Source of the DNA: an uncultured Candidatus Rokubacteria bacterium
GTDB taxonomy: Bacteria; Methylomirabilota; Methylomirabilia; Rokubacteriales; CSP1-6
Assembly: GCA_963754315.1 (NCBI GenBank)
Contig: CAVWFS010000016.1
Location: forward strand, 64,001-128,000
Direction: 5' to 3'
DNA length: 64,000 nt
Below the pieces are notes generated by a model. That model saw nothing but the letters and a program-made list of their open reading frames with translations, searched no databases and was not told where the DNA came from. How positions within the stretch are numbered: position 1 is the stretch's first letter; each line of letters opens with the position of its first letter. Of the stretch, positions 41,881-53,350 are shown in pieces. The position numbers and the translations under genes were made by a program.

Positions 41881-42492
41881 TCAGCCGCGGTAGGTTGCCG
41901 ACGGCCGCTTCATCTCGAAGATCTGGTGGATGTGGCTGTAGAGGTTTCCGGTAAGGCGGCCGACCGGACGCAAACGATGCATGTCGAGGCGGCCGGTGGC
42001 CACGTCGTAGATGTCGTCGCGCACGTGCCACTGCACGATCTCTCCGAGGACCAGGTGCGCGGGGCCGACGGGGAGGATGCGGTCCACCGTGCACTCCATG
42101 CTGATGGGGGCCTCCTGTACGCGGGGTGCTTTCACCTTGACGCCGGGGGCCGCCGTCAGCCCCGCCAGGGCAAATTCGTCAACGTCAGGCGCATACTCAC
42201 CGGAGGTGAGGTTCATCTGCTCCGCGCGCTCGTCGTCGACAATGTTCACGACGAACTCACGGGCCAGCTCGACGTTGCGCAAGGTGTCCTTCTTGCCGCC
42301 CTCTCGCGGCGAGCAGGAGAAGGCGATGGTCGGCGGCTCGGCGGTGATAGCCATGAAGTAGCTGAACGGGGCCAGGTTGGCGACCCCGGCCGCGTCGAGG
42401 CTCGATACCCAGGCGATGGGCCGGGGCACGACGGAGCTGATCAAGAGCTTGTAGACCGCAGTCGAGTCGAGTGTCTGCGGGTCGATCTGCAC
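41881..42492 (-). CDS. Flavin reductase family protein
   Basis: VVPRPIAWVSS, NLAPFSYF, KDTLRN. Confidence 0.92.
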   Translation of the reverse strand: MQIDPQTLDSTAVYKLLISSVVPRPIAWVSSLDAAGVANLAPFSYFMAITAEPPTIAFSCSPREGGKKDTLRNVELAREFVVNIVDDERAEQMNLTSGEYAPDVDEFALAGLTAAPGVKVKAPRVQEAPISMECTVDRILPVGPAHLVLGEIVQWHVRDDIYDVATGRLDMHRLRPVGRLTGNLYSHIHQIFEMKRPSATYRG

Positions 42493-42523
42493 GCAGCCCT
42501 CCTTCTGCCCCTCGGGCAGCCGC

Positions 42524-43822
42524 CTACTTCTTCTCGAACATTCGCTTGATTTCGGTCTCGGCCCAGAGGATCGATTCCTTCGGCTTGGCCTGGTTAGTCA
42601 CGACCTTCGCGAACATGTTGGGGATGATGTAGCTGTTGGTCACGAGCTGGATCTTCTCGTCGGGCGGCGCCGGCCAGCCGTAGAGGTGCGAGAACTGGGC
42701 CAGGGTCTTGAGCGGCTTGTACTTGGGGTCCAGGTCCCACACCGGATGGGATTCCATGTCCCGCCACATCGGGTGGTTGTAGTTGTCGCCGGACATGATC
42801 CACTCGTGGTACTGCGCTGGCTCGAAGAACCAGCGCAGGAACTCCTTGGCCAGCTCCGTGTTCTTGCTGTACTTGGTAATGCCCAGGCTCCGGGGCACGC
42901 CGACCGTATGGCGCCCGCCCGGGCCCGCCGGCGAGGGGTGGAAGCCCGTGACCTGGGCGATCGGCATCTGCTTTTCCTTGGCGACCACGTAATGGCTGAT
43001 CGGGTTGTGAATCCACGAGCCCTTGCCCGAGTTCAGCCACTGGTTGTTGGCGGCGTTGTCCCAGGAGAGCACGGCCGGATCCATGGCGTCCGTGTAGAGG
43101 GCCCGGACATAGTCGACGGCCGCCTCGGTCTCGCGGGAGTTGATGGCGACGGTCTTGCCGTCCGGGGCCACGTCCTTTGCCCCGAAGGACCAGAGGATCG
43201 AGTAGAGCGTACTCACCGAGTCGGTGGTCTGGCTGATGGCAAATCCGACCGGATGACCGAGGGCCTTCAGCTTTCGGCCGGCGCGGAGCAGATCCTCCCA
43301 GGTGTCCGGTGCGCGCTCGCCGACCTTCTCGAACAGGTCGATCCGGTGGCTCCCGGGGAACGAGATGTAGAGGTAGGGAACCCCGAGCCATTGCCCGCGC
43401 ACGAGGGCGTGGTCCCTGGCGAACGGGTACCAGTCGCCGTGCTTCTTGGCGAGGTCGTTACAAATATCCGAGACGTCGACGAGGGCGGGCTGGAAGAGCC
43501 AGGGATAGTGCATCTCGAGGCTCACGATGTCGTGGCCGGACTGCGACATCAGCTCGGCCGAGAGCTTGCCCACCATCTGCACGCTCTGGACGTGATCGAT
43601 GCGCACGTTCGCGTTGGCTTGCTTGGCGAACCGCTTGCCCAGCTCGGTAAGCTTGGCGTCCGACGTCGGCGCGTAGTTCACCGCGGTGAGGAGCGTCAGC
43701 TCGCGCGCGGCGCCGCGCGCGGGGGCGGGTCCGCCGGCGAGCAGGGCGGCGCCGGCCAGCGCGCGGCCGCTCGTGCGAAGGAACGCGCGACGACCGACTC
43801 CAAGTCGACTATTCCGGGTCAT
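42524..43822 (-). CDS. Tat-exported family 1 solute-binding protein
   Basis: GRRAFL Tat motif; APDTWEDL, WDNAANN. Confidence 0.85.
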   Translation of the reverse strand: MTRNSRLGVGRRAFLRTSGRALAGAALLAGGPAPARGAARELTLLTAVNYAPTSDAKLTELGKRFAKQANANVRIDHVQSVQMVGKLSAELMSQSGHDIVSLEMHYPWLFQPALVDVSDICNDLAKKHGDWYPFARDHALVRGQWLGVPYLYISFPGSHRIDLFEKVGERAPDTWEDLLRAGRKLKALGHPVGFAISQTTDSVSTLYSILWSFGAKDVAPDGKTVAINSRETEAAVDYVRALYTDAMDPAVLSWDNAANNQWLNSGKGSWIHNPISHYVVAKEKQMPIAQVTGFHPSPAGPGGRHTVGVPRSLGITKYSKNTELAKEFLRWFFEPAQYHEWIMSGDNYNHPMWRDMESHPVWDLDPKYKPLKTLAQFSHLYGWPAPPDEKIQLVTNSYIIPNMFAKVVTNQAKPKESILWAETEIKRMFEKK

Positions 43823-43832
43823 GACGAACCTC

Positions 43833-44963
43833 CTAGAGCGAAGCAGTGGTGGGGATGACCTTCGCGCCCAGCAGTTCGATCGAGCGCATCGTGGTCGGGT
43901 GGTCCATCCGAGACTCCTGGGCCTCCAGGAGCAAGTGGCCGATGCCCAGTTCCCGCTGGACGAGGGCGAAGCGATCGGCCACCTCGTCGGGCGTGCCGGC
44001 GATGATGAAGTGTCCCTCCCGCAGTTCATCGTAGCTCATGGTGGCCAGCGAGCGCGGGCGAGCCTTCAGCGCGAACTGCTGGCCGGCCCGTGAGCGCATG
44101 CCAACGGGCGAGAACCACTCGGCGGGGGCGCGCAGGGTCGGGCCCATGCGCCAGACGAAGTGACGGCCGGCCTCCACCGCCTTAGCCCTGGTGTCGGCGG
44201 TAACGGCACAGATCAAGAAGCCGAGGTTGTCGGGCGTGACCGTTCTCCCAGTCTCGGCGGCGCCCTGACGGTAGTAGTCGAACAGCTCGCGGGCGATGTC
44301 GAACGGCACCAGGAACGGGACGTACGTGTAGCCGCGACGGCCGGCCCATAACGCGGTCTCGGGGCTTGCCGTGCCTGGGACCCAGATCGGCGGGTGGGGT
44401 TTCTGAAGCGGTAGGCACCAGGGATTGACGTGACGGAAATGGTAGTGACGTCCCTCCCAGCGAAACGGACCGGGGGTCGTCCAGCATTTCAGGATCAGGT
44501 CGTGACATTCCTCGAAGCGCTCGCGGTTGTGCACTGGATTGGCGTTGGCCCACCACGTCTCCACTCCGACCCCGCGCACGAAGCCGGAGAGCACGCGACC
44601 GTTCGAGATGAGGTCGGCCATGGCCAGCTCCTCGGCCATCCGTACGGGATTGTCCTCGATGGGCAGGATGTTGCCGAGGATGAGCAGCTTGGCCTGCTTG
44701 GTGGTACGAGCGAGGACGGCCGCCGTCATGTTAGCGCCCACGTTGACGCAGGATGGCGTCGAGTGGTGCTCGTTGATCATGAGCCCGTGGAAGCCGACCT
44801 GATCGGCCAGCTCGTACTCGGTCAGGTAGCGCTGGTAGTTCGCCGCCGCCTTCTCGGGGCTGAAGAACCGATTCGGGAAGGCCAGGCGCAGGGAGGGGTA
44901 TTTCTCACCCTCGGCATCGGGGAACTCGTGGTGCGGCATCTCGCTGAAGTAGTAGAGGTTCAT
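43833..44963 (-). CDS. LLM-class flavin-dependent oxidoreductase
   Basis: NEHH, PVRMAEE.AM.D.IS.GR, QKPHPPIW. Confidence 0.9.
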   Translation of the reverse strand: MNLYYFSEMPHHEFPDAEGEKYPSLRLAFPNRFFSPEKAAANYQRYLTEYELADQVGFHGLMINEHHSTPSCVNVGANMTAAVLARTTKQAKLLILGNILPIEDNPVRMAEELAMADLISNGRVLSGFVRGVGVETWWANANPVHNRERFEECHDLILKCWTTPGPFRWEGRHYHFRHVNPWCLPLQKPHPPIWVPGTASPETALWAGRRGYTYVPFLVPFDIARELFDYYRQGAAETGRTVTPDNLGFLICAVTADTRAKAVEAGRHFVWRMGPTLRAPAEWFSPVGMRSRAGQQFALKARPRSLATMSYDELREGHFIIAGTPDEVADRFALVQRELGIGHLLLEAQESRMDHPTTMRSIELLGAKVIPTTASL

Positions 44964-45754
44964 CGGCCGACGGAGCCTCCCAGGAAGTCGAGAACAAGGC
45001 GAGCGAAGACCTCAGGTTGCTCGAGCGGGGGTGAATGGCCGCAACTCTCGAGGATGGTGAGCGCGGCGTTCGGCAGCAGTCGCCGGTACTGCTCGCCGCA
45101 CTCGAGCGGCACGATGCGGTCCTGGCGACCCCACACGATCAGGGTCGGGTTGGTCACCCGCCCGAGGAATCGCCCGAGCCGAGGATTGTACATGTACGGT
45201 TTCCAGGTGAGCCGCGCGGCCATCTCCCGGTTGCGCTCGGCCATGTCGAGCTCCGCCGGTGTGGGTGGCCGCCCGAACAGCTCGTCCCACTCGGGCACCG
45301 TGGTCGGGTCGTGCACGGTCAAGGTGCGCATCTGAGCCGGCGAGTGATAGAAAATGTCCAGGATCTCGCCCGTCTCCGGCTTGAGACCGACCGGCGCCAC
45401 GAGCACCAGACGCTCGATCGAGCCTGGGCTCATGGACGCCATCTCGGCGGCAGTCCAGCCGCCCATCGACTGACCGAGCAGGTGGGGGCGGCCGAGCCCG
45501 GCCGCATCGATGAACCAGAGATAGAAGCGGGCAAGATCGTCGATACCCTCCATCCACTCCGCATCACCCGACCGCCCGAAGCCAGGATGGGTTGGCGCCC
45601 ATACCGTGAATCGGTCGGCTACCTGCCCGAGCCAGCGCGTCCACCCGCGGTTGCCGCCAGCCCCGTGCAGCACGAGCAACGGCGGCCCTTGCCCACCCAC
45701 CCACGCGTGCACATCGATCCCACCGACCGCGATCGTCGTCTCCCGAGCCTGCAT
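44960..45754 (-). CDS. Alpha/beta hydrolase
   Basis: LHGAGG, HPGFGRS, GQSMGG, CGH. Confidence 0.9.
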   Translation of the reverse strand: MQARETTIAVGGIDVHAWVGGQGPPLLVLHGAGGNRGWTRWLGQVADRFTVWAPTHPGFGRSGDAEWMEGIDDLARFYLWFIDAAGLGRPHLLGQSMGGWTAAEMASMSPGSIERLVLVAPVGLKPETGEILDIFYHSPAQMRTLTVHDPTTVPEWDELFGRPPTPAELDMAERNREMAARLTWKPYMYNPRLGRFLGRVTNPTLIVWGRQDRIVPLECGEQYRRLLPNAALTILESCGHSPPLEQPEVFARLVLDFLGGSVGR

Positions 45755-45850
45755 GAACGCTCCTGTTGAGACAGAAAGGGCCATGCCTCGCCTGGACATG
45801 ACGTGAGGGGATTCTATCGCGGGCGGGGTCCAAAGGGCATGGCGTGCGGT

Positions 45851-46159
45851 CTAAGCCACGCGCTGGACGAACGACCGGTCCTCGACGAGGATGCAGCCCG
45901 ACGCTTCGGCGCGGCGCAGCGCCTCGATATTGTCTGGATCGGTCGCCAGTGTTTCGCGATACCGTTCATAGGCCGCGAGGCTGGCGAAATCGATGAGGGC
46001 CAGCCCAATGTTGGTAGGGCCGGCAAACTTCGTTGGCGCGTAGTACCCGACCACTTTCCCGCCACAACGCTCGATCGGCACCACCAAGCTCCGCGCGTAG
46101 GCCTCGAAATCCGCAAGCCGGGCCGCATCGAGCGTATAGCGAATGCAGAGGGTGATCAT
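45851..46159 (-). CDS. NIPSNAP family protein
   Basis: MITLCIRY.LD...FEAYA...GYY.P...FASLAAYERYR. Confidence 0.85.
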   Translation of the reverse strand: MITLCIRYTLDAARLADFEAYARSLVVPIERCGGKVVGYYAPTKFAGPTNIGLALIDFASLAAYERYRETLATDPDNIEALRRAEASGCILVEDRSFVQRVA

Positions 46160-46260
46160 GCTGTTCTCCCTGGCGCGCCCGCCGGCGCCGCTGTGTGGGT
46201 CGTCGAGAATCTCACGAGCGAGGGCGAGTATGGCGTCAGCTCACGTTGGTGTCCACACCT

Positions 46261-46286
46261 AACGCTTCGGTCCGGATCGAAGCGTT
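46261..46286. promoter_or_regulatory. 26-bp near-perfect palindrome, putative operator
   Basis: AACGCTTCGGTC-CG-GATCGAAGCGTT between divergent NIPSNAP and an ArsR-like fragment. Confidence 0.55.
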
Positions 46287-46327
46287 TTGACTTGCGGGCG
46301 GCGCCTCTCGGCTCTAGCGTCTGGGTG

Positions 46328-46405
46328 ATGGGTGACACGGACCTGCTCGCGGGGGTGGCCGCGCTGCTCGGCGAGCCCGCTCGGACGCGCATCCTCACGG
46401 TCCAC
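46328..46405 (+). pseudogene. Truncated ArsR/SmtB-type regulator N-terminus
   Basis: LAGVAALLGEPARTRIL, then collides with the end of the SUMF1 gene. Confidence 0.55.
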
Positions 46406-46407
46406 GC

Positions 46408-47374
<967 letters not shown>

Positions 47375-47408
47375 AACGCCCTCTGCGCCGCCAAGCAGCA
47401 TCGGCGCG

Positions 47409-47735
47409 TCATGCGCGTAGTGTCGGCTCGGAGGCGAGAAATCCCGAGGCGGTGATTGCGAGGGCGTGCATCATCGGGACTCCGAATGCGACGCCCGACG
47501 CGGGCGTGCCGAGCCAGAACGGCGAGGCTTTGCCGATACGCGTCAGGTACGCGCGGCGCTCGGCGCCGCGCTGCGGATACCAGCGCGACAGATAGTCGGC
47601 GTCGAGCATGTGCTGCCGTGTCTCCGTCCCGAAGAAGCCGGCCAGTTCCGGCAGGGCGATGAACCCCTCCTCGGACTCTGGGCGGAAGAGTTCCCAGCGG
47701 CGCGCATGCTCTTCCGAACGGAAGAGATTCGGCAT
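47409..47735 (-). CDS. Hypothetical protein (NLFRSEEH..RW; weak MerB C-terminus resemblance)
   Basis: SD GGAGGT 5 nt before ATG; 108-aa ORF. Confidence 0.55.
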   Translation of the reverse strand: MPNLFRSEEHARRWELFRPESEEGFIALPELAGFFGTETRQHMLDADYLSRWYPQRGAERRAYLTRIGKASPFWLGTPASGVAFGVPMMHALAITASGFLASEPTLRA

Positions 47736-47849
47736 CGCTTACCTCCCTAGAAACCCCGCGGTGACCGTGCGCGGACCGTATTAATTGGTTAATAAGGAAC
47801 CTTCATGATCTCCGGCCGCGCCGCCGCAATCTCGCGCCGGACATAGAAC

Positions 47850-49290
47850 TCAGGCGCCCACGGCAACTGCACGTAGTTGTTGACGATTTCCCGGTGCACG
47901 CAAGGCGCATATTCCGTCGAATCCCCATTTGCCGGAACCTAGCCGGTCGAGCCAGAACACCACCTTGGGCCGCCTCTCAACTACGTCCTTGCAGAGGTCG
48001 ATGTGGTAGCCCCAGAGCGGCATCTTCGCGAAGGTGGCCTGCGTCGGGGGGTAAAAGCAATTCCCCAACACGGGAGCCGGTCGGCATAGATGTAGACCCC
48101 GGGCACGAAAACGACGGCGAGGATGCGCTCGTTCGCCGGTACCAGCTCGCGGATCAGCCGGTATACGCGGTCCTCGCTCGGCTTCGGCGCCCCGCATGGT
48201 TCGCCAGTTCGTTCAAGGGATGCCGCGCGGGGACGAACGCCGAACTGATGGACGAGCACGAGTACGACCGCAAGGAGGCCGAGGCAGGCGCGCCCACCAC
48301 GGTCCGCGCCCGCGAGGATCGCGTCGCGCCGGATTCGCCGCCAAGAGAATCGCGCCCACCAGCGCGCCGATCCGAGCACGCCGGCGACAAAGTCGAGTCG
48401 GTAGCAGAGCTGACCGCGTGGATTGAAGAAAGCGACGCCTACGGCGAGCGCTGCCGCGCTCAGGCTCCACCGCAAACGCGCCGGGGTCGCGGCGCGGTGT
48501 CGCGTCAGGACGATGAGCGCGATGACGGCTGCGTAGAAGATCGCGACCGCGAAGATGTGTATCAGCGTCCTCGGCCCGAATTCAATCCCGGTCAGCCGAG
48601 AAAACGGCGACAGCCACGAGTACTTGATCGAATCCGCGACTACCGTCAGGTTGACCCAGTAGTGATAGACGAAATATCCAGTCCAATCCGAAAAAAGCGT
48701 GATCCAGAGTCCGAACACCAGCACCGCCGCCAGCGCGCCCGCGAGGAAGCCGCCGATCGCACGGCGGCGCGCTCCGGCATCGTCCGGCGCCATGGCGATG
48801 CCGGCGGCAGCGAGCAGCGCGGCGGAAACCGCAAACGAGAGTGCGGCGAAGACCGCGCAGGCCGCTGCGAATCCCGCCGCAACTGCTGCCCATCGCGGCG
48901 GCGTCACGCCGAAGATCGCCGGCACGGAGAAAAGCGCCAGTTCGACCGTCAGCAGTGCGCCAGCCATGCTCTGGTACATCACCATATGAAGGGTGGTCGC
49001 CGCATAGACGACCCCCAGCGGCACGAGGAACAGCATCAATGCGTAGAGCCGCGCGCGTGCCTGCGTCAGGACCGGGCTGGCATAAATTGCGGCGGCGCAC
49101 AGCGCGAACAGCGCCAGGGAGATCAGCCGGTACGACGCGAGGTCCTTGCTGCCGGTGAGCAGCAGCCAGAAGTGGCTGAGTGCGTATGCCAGCGGCCCGT
49201 GATTGGCGAAAATGTTCGTGTAAAGCCGGTCTCCGGCCGCGACCATGAGCGCCACGACGATGTGCTCCGATTCGTCGCCAAAGTTCGAGC
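47850..49290 (-). pseudogene. Polytopic membrane protein (GT-C-like), frameshifted, N-terminus missing
   Basis: FGDESEH...G.RLY.NIF.NHGP, many TM segments. Confidence 0.55.
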
Positions 49291-49539
49291 ACGGGCAAGG
49301 CCTGCACGGCCTGCGCCAGAAACCACGCCACGGCGCAGGCCGCAGCGACGGGCAAGAAGTAGCGCCCCTGCATTCCGTTCGCTTCTGCCGCCCCTAGCCT
49401 CGGCGGCGGCCGATGCGCCCGGCCTCCTCGACGCACTTGGCCGCGCTGAGACTGACTCCGTCTGCCACCGGTCATGGTCCCGGATCGAACTCGAGCCGTG
49501 GCAATGCCGCGGTCAGTATGGTGGGCTCGCGCGGCGCCG

Positions 49540-50068
49540 CCCACCGAGTGGCGACGTTGTGGCTTTGCCGAAAGGTCCAGCGGCGTGCATGCGCGTGGCC
49601 GGCCGCGTCAGTAAAGATCACTTCGCCGGGGCCGGTGACTCGACCACCCCGTGGAACCCCATGTGCTGCTCCTCGCCAGTGGCATGGCGGACCTCCAGAT
49701 ATTCGGCAATCTTGGACAGGTCGAACACGGCCACCGGCAGCGCGAAGGCGAGCGACACGGCATTATACAGGTCGACGAGGGGATGCAGGCTTGGCACGGC
49801 ACCCTCGCCCAGGAAGCGACGCAGGAGCGCCTCGGCCGCGGAGCGATACTGCGTTGGCTTGAGCCCATCCGGGCATAAGCTCGCCGCCACGCGGCCACCT
49901 CCGCCAGCTCCGACTCCGACCGGTCGCGCAAGCGTTCGCGGGCGCGTTCATGCCAGCCCGCGAGCAGGGCTTCTACCTCGACATCGGGCCTGATGCCCTC
50001 AACCACCAGCACGCCCGGCAACACTCCGGAAACTCCCGCCAGATCGCCGGCGAATTGGCGAAGTGCAT
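49540..50068 (-). pseudogene. B3/B4 tRNA-editing domain protein, frameshifted and 3'-truncated
   Basis: AWRRAY..MGLKPTQYRSAAEALLRR, HPLVDLYNA.S, HARRW. Confidence 0.8.
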
Positions 50069-50436
50069 CCTCATCGCGACAGCCTACCTCAACCCGAGCA
50101 TTCGGGTAGCCTCTGCGTGCTCGACCCCGCGCGCAGCGCATCCGCCGGACCTTTGCTGGGTGCGCCGGCCCGCGGCCCTGTTGCCCCTGCTCCACGTGGT
50201 CGGCATGGAAATTGATGCGAGGGCTGCCGTGCAGAACAGCCTCTGGAAACCGAGGCCCTTCATGAACACATCGTTCCGGACTATGACCACGCTGCCCTGC
50301 GACATACGCGGGATCGGGCTGTCAGTGCAATGACGCTGTTCGGCGGCTGACGTTGCACCGAGCTGGCCCGCCAGTCAGCCCCCCTCAGCGCCGCATAGAC
50401 TGCAGGAAGTACCATGAGGAAAGGAGGCGCGCGAAC

Positions 50437-50748
50437 ATGAGGCGCACGGTCATCGCGAGCGTGGTCCTGATCGGGCTCGCTGGGTGCGGCGGAGGGACGG
50501 GAGTCGCATGTCTTGGGCAGCAGAAGATTTATGAGAACCAGACCGGTGCTGACGTGAAGGTGTGGGCGATCCTCAGGAACAACTGTGCGGTGCCCTACCG
50601 GGTCGGTGGCTCTGGTCTTGATTTGACGGTCCCACCGGGCGGCGATCGGGCCATCTCCATCAGCATTCCCGACAAGAGCTCTATCTTCGTGACGGGACCT
50701 GCGGCGCACGGTAGCTTCGAGTTCGAGATCAAGGAGATGACAAGGTAG
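50437..50748 (+). CDS. Small putative lipoprotein
   Basis: SD AGGAGG; lipobox LAGC. Confidence 0.6.
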   Translation: MRRTVIASVVLIGLAGCGGGTGVACLGQQKIYENQTGADVKVWAILRNNCAVPYRVGGSGLDLTVPPGGDRAISISIPDKSSIFVTGPAAHGSFEFEIKEMTR

Positions 50749-50769
50749 CGGCTGGCCCTCCTTCGTCCC

Positions 50770-51728
50770 ATGAAGCGCGATCCGGTGCGGGCCGCCCTGG
50801 ATCTCCTGGCCGAGGCCGCCCGCCGCCCGCAGGATCCGGCCACCCTCGCTCTCGTCCGCGACGCGCTCGCCCAGCGCAATAACCACGTCGTCGCCCGCGC
50901 GGCCCGGGCTGCCCGCGAGGCCGAGCTCGGCGCGCTGGCGCCGGACCTGATCACGGCGTTTCCGCGCTTCCTGGAGGATCCGATCCGGCGCGATCCTGGC
51001 TGCACCGCCAAGATCGAGATTGTCCACGCGCTGCTCTCGTTCACCTATTCCGCTCCCGACGTGTATCTGCGCGGGGCCTCTCACGTCCAGCGCGAGCCGG
51101 CCTTTGGCCCGCCGATCGATACGGCGGCTGAACTCCGGGCGACCAGCGCCATGGCTCTCGTGGTCACCGGGCATCCGGCCGCGCTCACCACCTGCGTCGA
51201 GCTGCTCGTCGATCCCGAGCCGACCGCCCGGGCTGGTGGCCTGCGTGCGCTTGCCGCCAGCGGCCGCCCCGATGTGGCCCTTCTCATGCGACTGTTCGCG
51301 CTCCGTGGCGACGCCGATCCGGGCGTGCTTGCCGAAGCGTTCTGGCGCTGCTGGCGCTCTCGGTCGAGGATGCCACGCCCTTCGTCGCCGAGCGGCTCGC
51401 GACCGGGGACGTGGACATTGCCCGTGCCGCCGCCATGGCCCTCGGTGAGGTCCGCCGGCCCGAGGCCGTGGCGGCATTGCGCGAACGCTTGGCGGCCGAG
51501 AATCGGCCCGACGTCCGGCACGCCATCATTCTTGCCCTCGCCACGTCGCGCGACGAGGCGGCGTTCGACGTGCTGCTGGAGCTCGTTGGGCGGGGCACGG
51601 CGACCGATTCGAAGGCCGCCGTCGCGGCGCTGGGAATCTACACGCACGACCAGGCGCTCCAGCACCGCGTGCAGGTCGCCCTCGACCAGCGCCGGCCCGG
51701 TTCCCGGCGCCAGCCACGGCGGCGCTGA
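50770..51728 (+). CDS. HEAT-repeat protein; frameshift near 51340
   Basis: DPGC.AK, DTAAELR, AAAMALG, VRHAIILALA. Confidence 0.75.
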
Positions 51729-51755
51729 CGTCCCTCACGCGCGGCGGGGGCGGCG

Positions 51756-52577
51756 CTACACCTGGCCGAAGAAGGCGAGGTACTCCGCGCGCAGGAAGCG
51801 CTCGAGCAGGAGCAGGAGCACGGCGCCGGGGGCCATCAACACCAGCGCCGTGACCGAGGCGATCTGCAGCTCGTAACCGACCGACGCGGTGTACATGTAA
51901 ACGGGCAAGGTCGTGACGAACGGCGCCCCCACCAGCAAGGTCCCCGTGAACTCGTCGAGCGAGTAGAGGAACACGAGGAGGGCACTGGCCACGAGGCCGG
52001 GCACGGCGAGCGGGAGGGCAATCCCGAGGAAGGCGCGCGTGGTGGAGGCGCCAAGGTTCCAGGCGGCTTCCTCCAGCTCGGGGGCGATGGCGCGGAACAC
52101 TGCCGTCATGGTCCACACGGCGAAGACGAGCCCGCCCACCAGGTGCACGAGGACGACTCCCGGCACGGTGCCGGCCAGGCCCCAGCGGTAGAACTCGCGC
52201 GTGGCGCTGGCAAACACGGGGAGCTGCGGGAAGGCCTGCGGGAGAAGGAACAGTAACAGCACCAGCGCCCGTCCCGGGAACACGAGGCGGGCCAGCGCGT
52301 AGCCAAGGGGCACGGCCAGAAGCAGCGCGAGCACGGTCACCGCGGTCGCGATCATGAGGCCGGTGCCGAGCGGCTCCAGGAAGTCGCCGCTTGCCATCCG
52401 CGCCCAGTACCGGAGTCCGAAGCGCTGAGGCCAGGGGCTGCCCGCCGTCCACCGCTCGGCCAGCGACCACACCACCAGGCTCGCCAGCGGTCCCGCGACC
52501 ACAAAGGCCGCCACGGCCAGGGCCGCCGCCCGCCCGATGAGCCGGCCGAGCCCGGTTGACGCGGGGGACCCAGCCAC
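51756..52577 (-). CDS. PotC-like ABC permease
   Basis: LEEAAWNLGA, SLDEF, TLPVYMY. Confidence 0.88.
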   Translation of the reverse strand: MAGSPASTGLGRLIGRAAALAVAAFVVAGPLASLVVWSLAERWTAGSPWPQRFGLRYWARMASGDFLEPLGTGLMIATAVTVLALLLAVPLGYALARLVFPGRALVLLLFLLPQAFPQLPVFASATREFYRWGLAGTVPGVVLVHLVGGLVFAVWTMTAVFRAIAPELEEAAWNLGASTTRAFLGIALPLAVPGLVASALLVFLYSLDEFTGTLLVGAPFVTTLPVYMYTASVGYELQIASVTALVLMAPGAVLLLLLERFLRAEYLAFFGQV

Positions 52578-52578
52578 G

Positions 52579-53350
52579 TCAGGCTCCCGCCGACGTGAGC
52601 CGCCTGACATAGACAAGCGCCGCTCCCATCGCCAGCAGGTACGCGACGACCCCGAGGGCAGACGCGGTGGCAAAGTCGCCATGCTGACCGAAGCGATAGT
52701 ACACGTCGATCATCAACATCTGGGGGCCTCCGCCCCGGCCCATCATGAGCGGGATCGAGAACGACGCCAGCATCGAGGAAAAGATGAGGATCGCGCTCAC
52801 GATGAGCGAGGGCGCGGCCATCGGCACCAGCACGTCGCGCGTCACCCGCCCCGTCCCGGCCCCGAAGTTGCGGGCGGCCTCGAGGTAGCTCTCGTCGACG
52901 GAGCGAAAGGCACCCAGAAGGAGGAGCACGGCGAGGCCAAGATGCTTCCAGGCCAGCGCCACCGCAATGCCGCCCCATGACGACGAGAACCCCGGCAAGT
53001 AGGGACTCATGAAGACGCGCAGTGCGTGGCCGACCACGACGAACGGCACGAAGAGGGGCACTTTCAGGAGGAACTCGACCGGCCCGAAGGCGCGGGACCG
53101 GAGCCAGCCGCAGGCCGGGATCGCGACGGCGAAGGTGAGCGCAGTTCCCAGCGCCGCCACCCCGACCGTGTAGGCGACGTCGACGGCGTAGAGGCGGCGC
53201 ACGGTCTCGTAGTTAGCGAGCGTCAGTGCGCCGTCGCGGGTGAAGCTGGCGACGACGGAGGCTGCCAGCGGCCACAGGAACACGAAGCCGAGAACAGCCA
53301 GCGCCGGCGTCGACAGAGCGCGCCCACAGAACGCGCTCGACCGGTGTCAG
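52579..53350 (-). CDS. PotB-like ABC permease (N-terminal frameshift likely)
   Basis: YLEAARNFGA; TM segments. Confidence 0.82.

Noticed and set aside
46257..46290. Possible integron attC site (ACCTAAC...GTT)
   Set aside because: Too short, right end GTTTTGA does not fit GTTRRRY, and no cassette array or integrase; better explained as an operator
47733..47760. Possible second Sec read-through into the MerB-like ORF
   Set aside because: The in-frame upstream stop is TAA, not TGA, and the ORF has its own SD
47894..49993. 699-aa plus-strand ORF and similar long Arg/Pro-rich ORFs (e.g. 17806..19050, 27434..28789, 35548..36789)
   Set aside because: Antisense shadows of real genes in high-GC DNA, with no recognisable motifs
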